This document shows positions 31,238 to 32,000 of a DNA stretch of 32,000 bases, piece after piece (within the stretch, counting starts at the first letter, position 1; each line of letters opens with the position of its first letter). The position numbers were made by a program, and so were the translations under genes. The DNA is from Winslowiella arboricola (GTDB lineage: Bacteria > Pseudomonadota > Gammaproteobacteria > Enterobacterales > Enterobacteriaceae): contig NZ_JAODIM010000043.1 of NCBI RefSeq assembly GCF_025527015.1, positions 1,241,862 through 1,273,861 on the forward strand. The letters run 5' to 3'. The notes below the pieces were generated by a model, which saw nothing but the letters and a program-made list of their open reading frames with translations, did not search any database and was not told the origin of the DNA.

Positions 31238-32000
31238 CGCTCGGCTCCTCAATACTTTTTTCACGTACTCGATCCCAGGTTAAGCGCGGATCAAAGGTCA
31301 TTGCTGCGAACATGGTCAGTATCACCACCATCGCAAACAATAACGCGCCCACTGCGGGATAAATACTCATTAACCGCCCCATACGCACCAGCGCAGAGAG
31401 TACGGCAATCACAAATACGTCGATCATCGACCAACGTCCGACAAATTCAACCACTTCATAGATCAGATGCATCTTTTCACCGTCACGGCGGCCATAGCCC
31501 TGCGCATCCCAGCACAGCCAGGCGATGGCAATCATCTTCAGCGTCGGCACCATAATACTGGCAATAAAGATCACCAGCGCCACCGGATAAGATCCGTCAC
31601 TCCAGAGTAAAATCACCCCGGCCATAATGGTCGAGCTAATCTGGTTACCCAGTGCTTCAGTGACCATAATCGGCAGCAAATTGGCGGGAAAATAGAGCAC
31701 GATTGAGGTAATCAGCAGCGCCAGCGTCCATTGCAGGCTGTGTTTACGCCGCGCATGACCGGCAGCGCCACAGCGTGGGCAGTGAAGCTGGTCGACAGGC
31801 AGAATCGCGGTACAGCAGCGGCAGGAACGCACGCCCTGACGCAGCCCGCTGATACCCGCCAGCGGTTTTAGCGGCAGTGCTGGCATGGGCGCCACACGCT
31901 GCCACAACCAGCGTCGATCGACACACTGGAAGGCGCGCAGCTGTAACAGACAAAACAGGCACCAGGGTACAAAACTGCTGCCGATACCAATATCGCCATA
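31224..32000 (-). CDS. pqiA: Intermembrane transport protein PqiA, C-terminal part (5' end off the window)
   Basis: The frame stays open from 31907 to the window edge (...YGDIGIGSSFVPWCLFCLLQLRAFQCVDRRW...). It contains a CxxC zinc-ribbon and TM helices, and it overlaps the pqiB start. Confidence 0.9.
   Translation of the reverse strand, partial: YGDIGIGSSFVPWCLFCLLQLRAFQCVDRRWLWQRVAPMPALPLKPLAGISGLRQGVRSCRCCTAILPVDQLHCPRCGAAGHARRKHSLQWTLALLITSIVLYFPANLLPIMVTEALGNQISSTIMAGVILLWSDGSYPVALVIFIASIMVPTLKMIAIAWLCWDAQGYGRRDGEKMHLIYEVVEFVGRWSMIDVFVIAVLSALVRMGRLMSIYPAVGALLFAMVVILTMFAAMTFDPRLTWDRVREKSIEEPSVDGK

Noticed and set aside
30380-31962. ORFs overlapping pqiA/pqiB: + strand ORFs 30380..30946, 30778..30978, 30873..31115 and 30986..31555, plus the alternate-frame - strand ORF 31744..31962
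   Set aside because: These are shadows of the conserved host genes pqiB and pqiA.

Overview
The window holds about 27.8 kb of a lambdoid prophage, followed by host chromosome of an Enterobacterales bacterium. All calls come from reading the sequence and from remembered family signatures; no BLAST or HMM search was possible. Many ORF-track starts were re-assigned using Shine-Dalgarno (SD) motifs and ATGA/GTGA/TGATG stop-start overlaps.

Prophage layout, left to right:
- Head morphogenesis and packaging genes (1-6220, - strand).
- A two-gene moron island (6333-7850) with a PAS-GGDEF diguanylate cyclase.
- Lysis cassette (7870-9223): holin, GH24 endolysin, overlapped Rz/Rz1 spanins.
- Structured late-leader region (9350-9790).
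- Q-like antiterminator, nin region (ninG, ninE, ninB), DnaC-like helicase loader.
- An O-position replication gene that carries iterons and one in-frame TAA.
- cII-like gene, nutR, cro, the OR/PR switch and a LexA-type cI.
- An autonomous two-gene cassette in the rexAB slot (17477-18542).
- OL/PL, nutL and a lambda-like N gene.
- A long early-left operon (+ strand) with an Erf recombinase, many small ORFs and an orphan methyltransferase.
- An AlpA-like excisionase and a P4-type tyrosine integrase (26325-27569).

Host side:
- An AT-rich junction.
- A tandem-repeat tail-anchored coiled-coil gene.
- rmf, which is absent from the ORF track because it is only 56 aa.
- pqiC, pqiB and a partial pqiA.

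The best candidate for an undescribed system is the pair in the lysogen-expressed rexAB position: a Panacea/DUF4065 antitoxin-like gene and a coiled-coil protein with two transmembrane helices. The prophage-borne diguanylate cyclase island is second.
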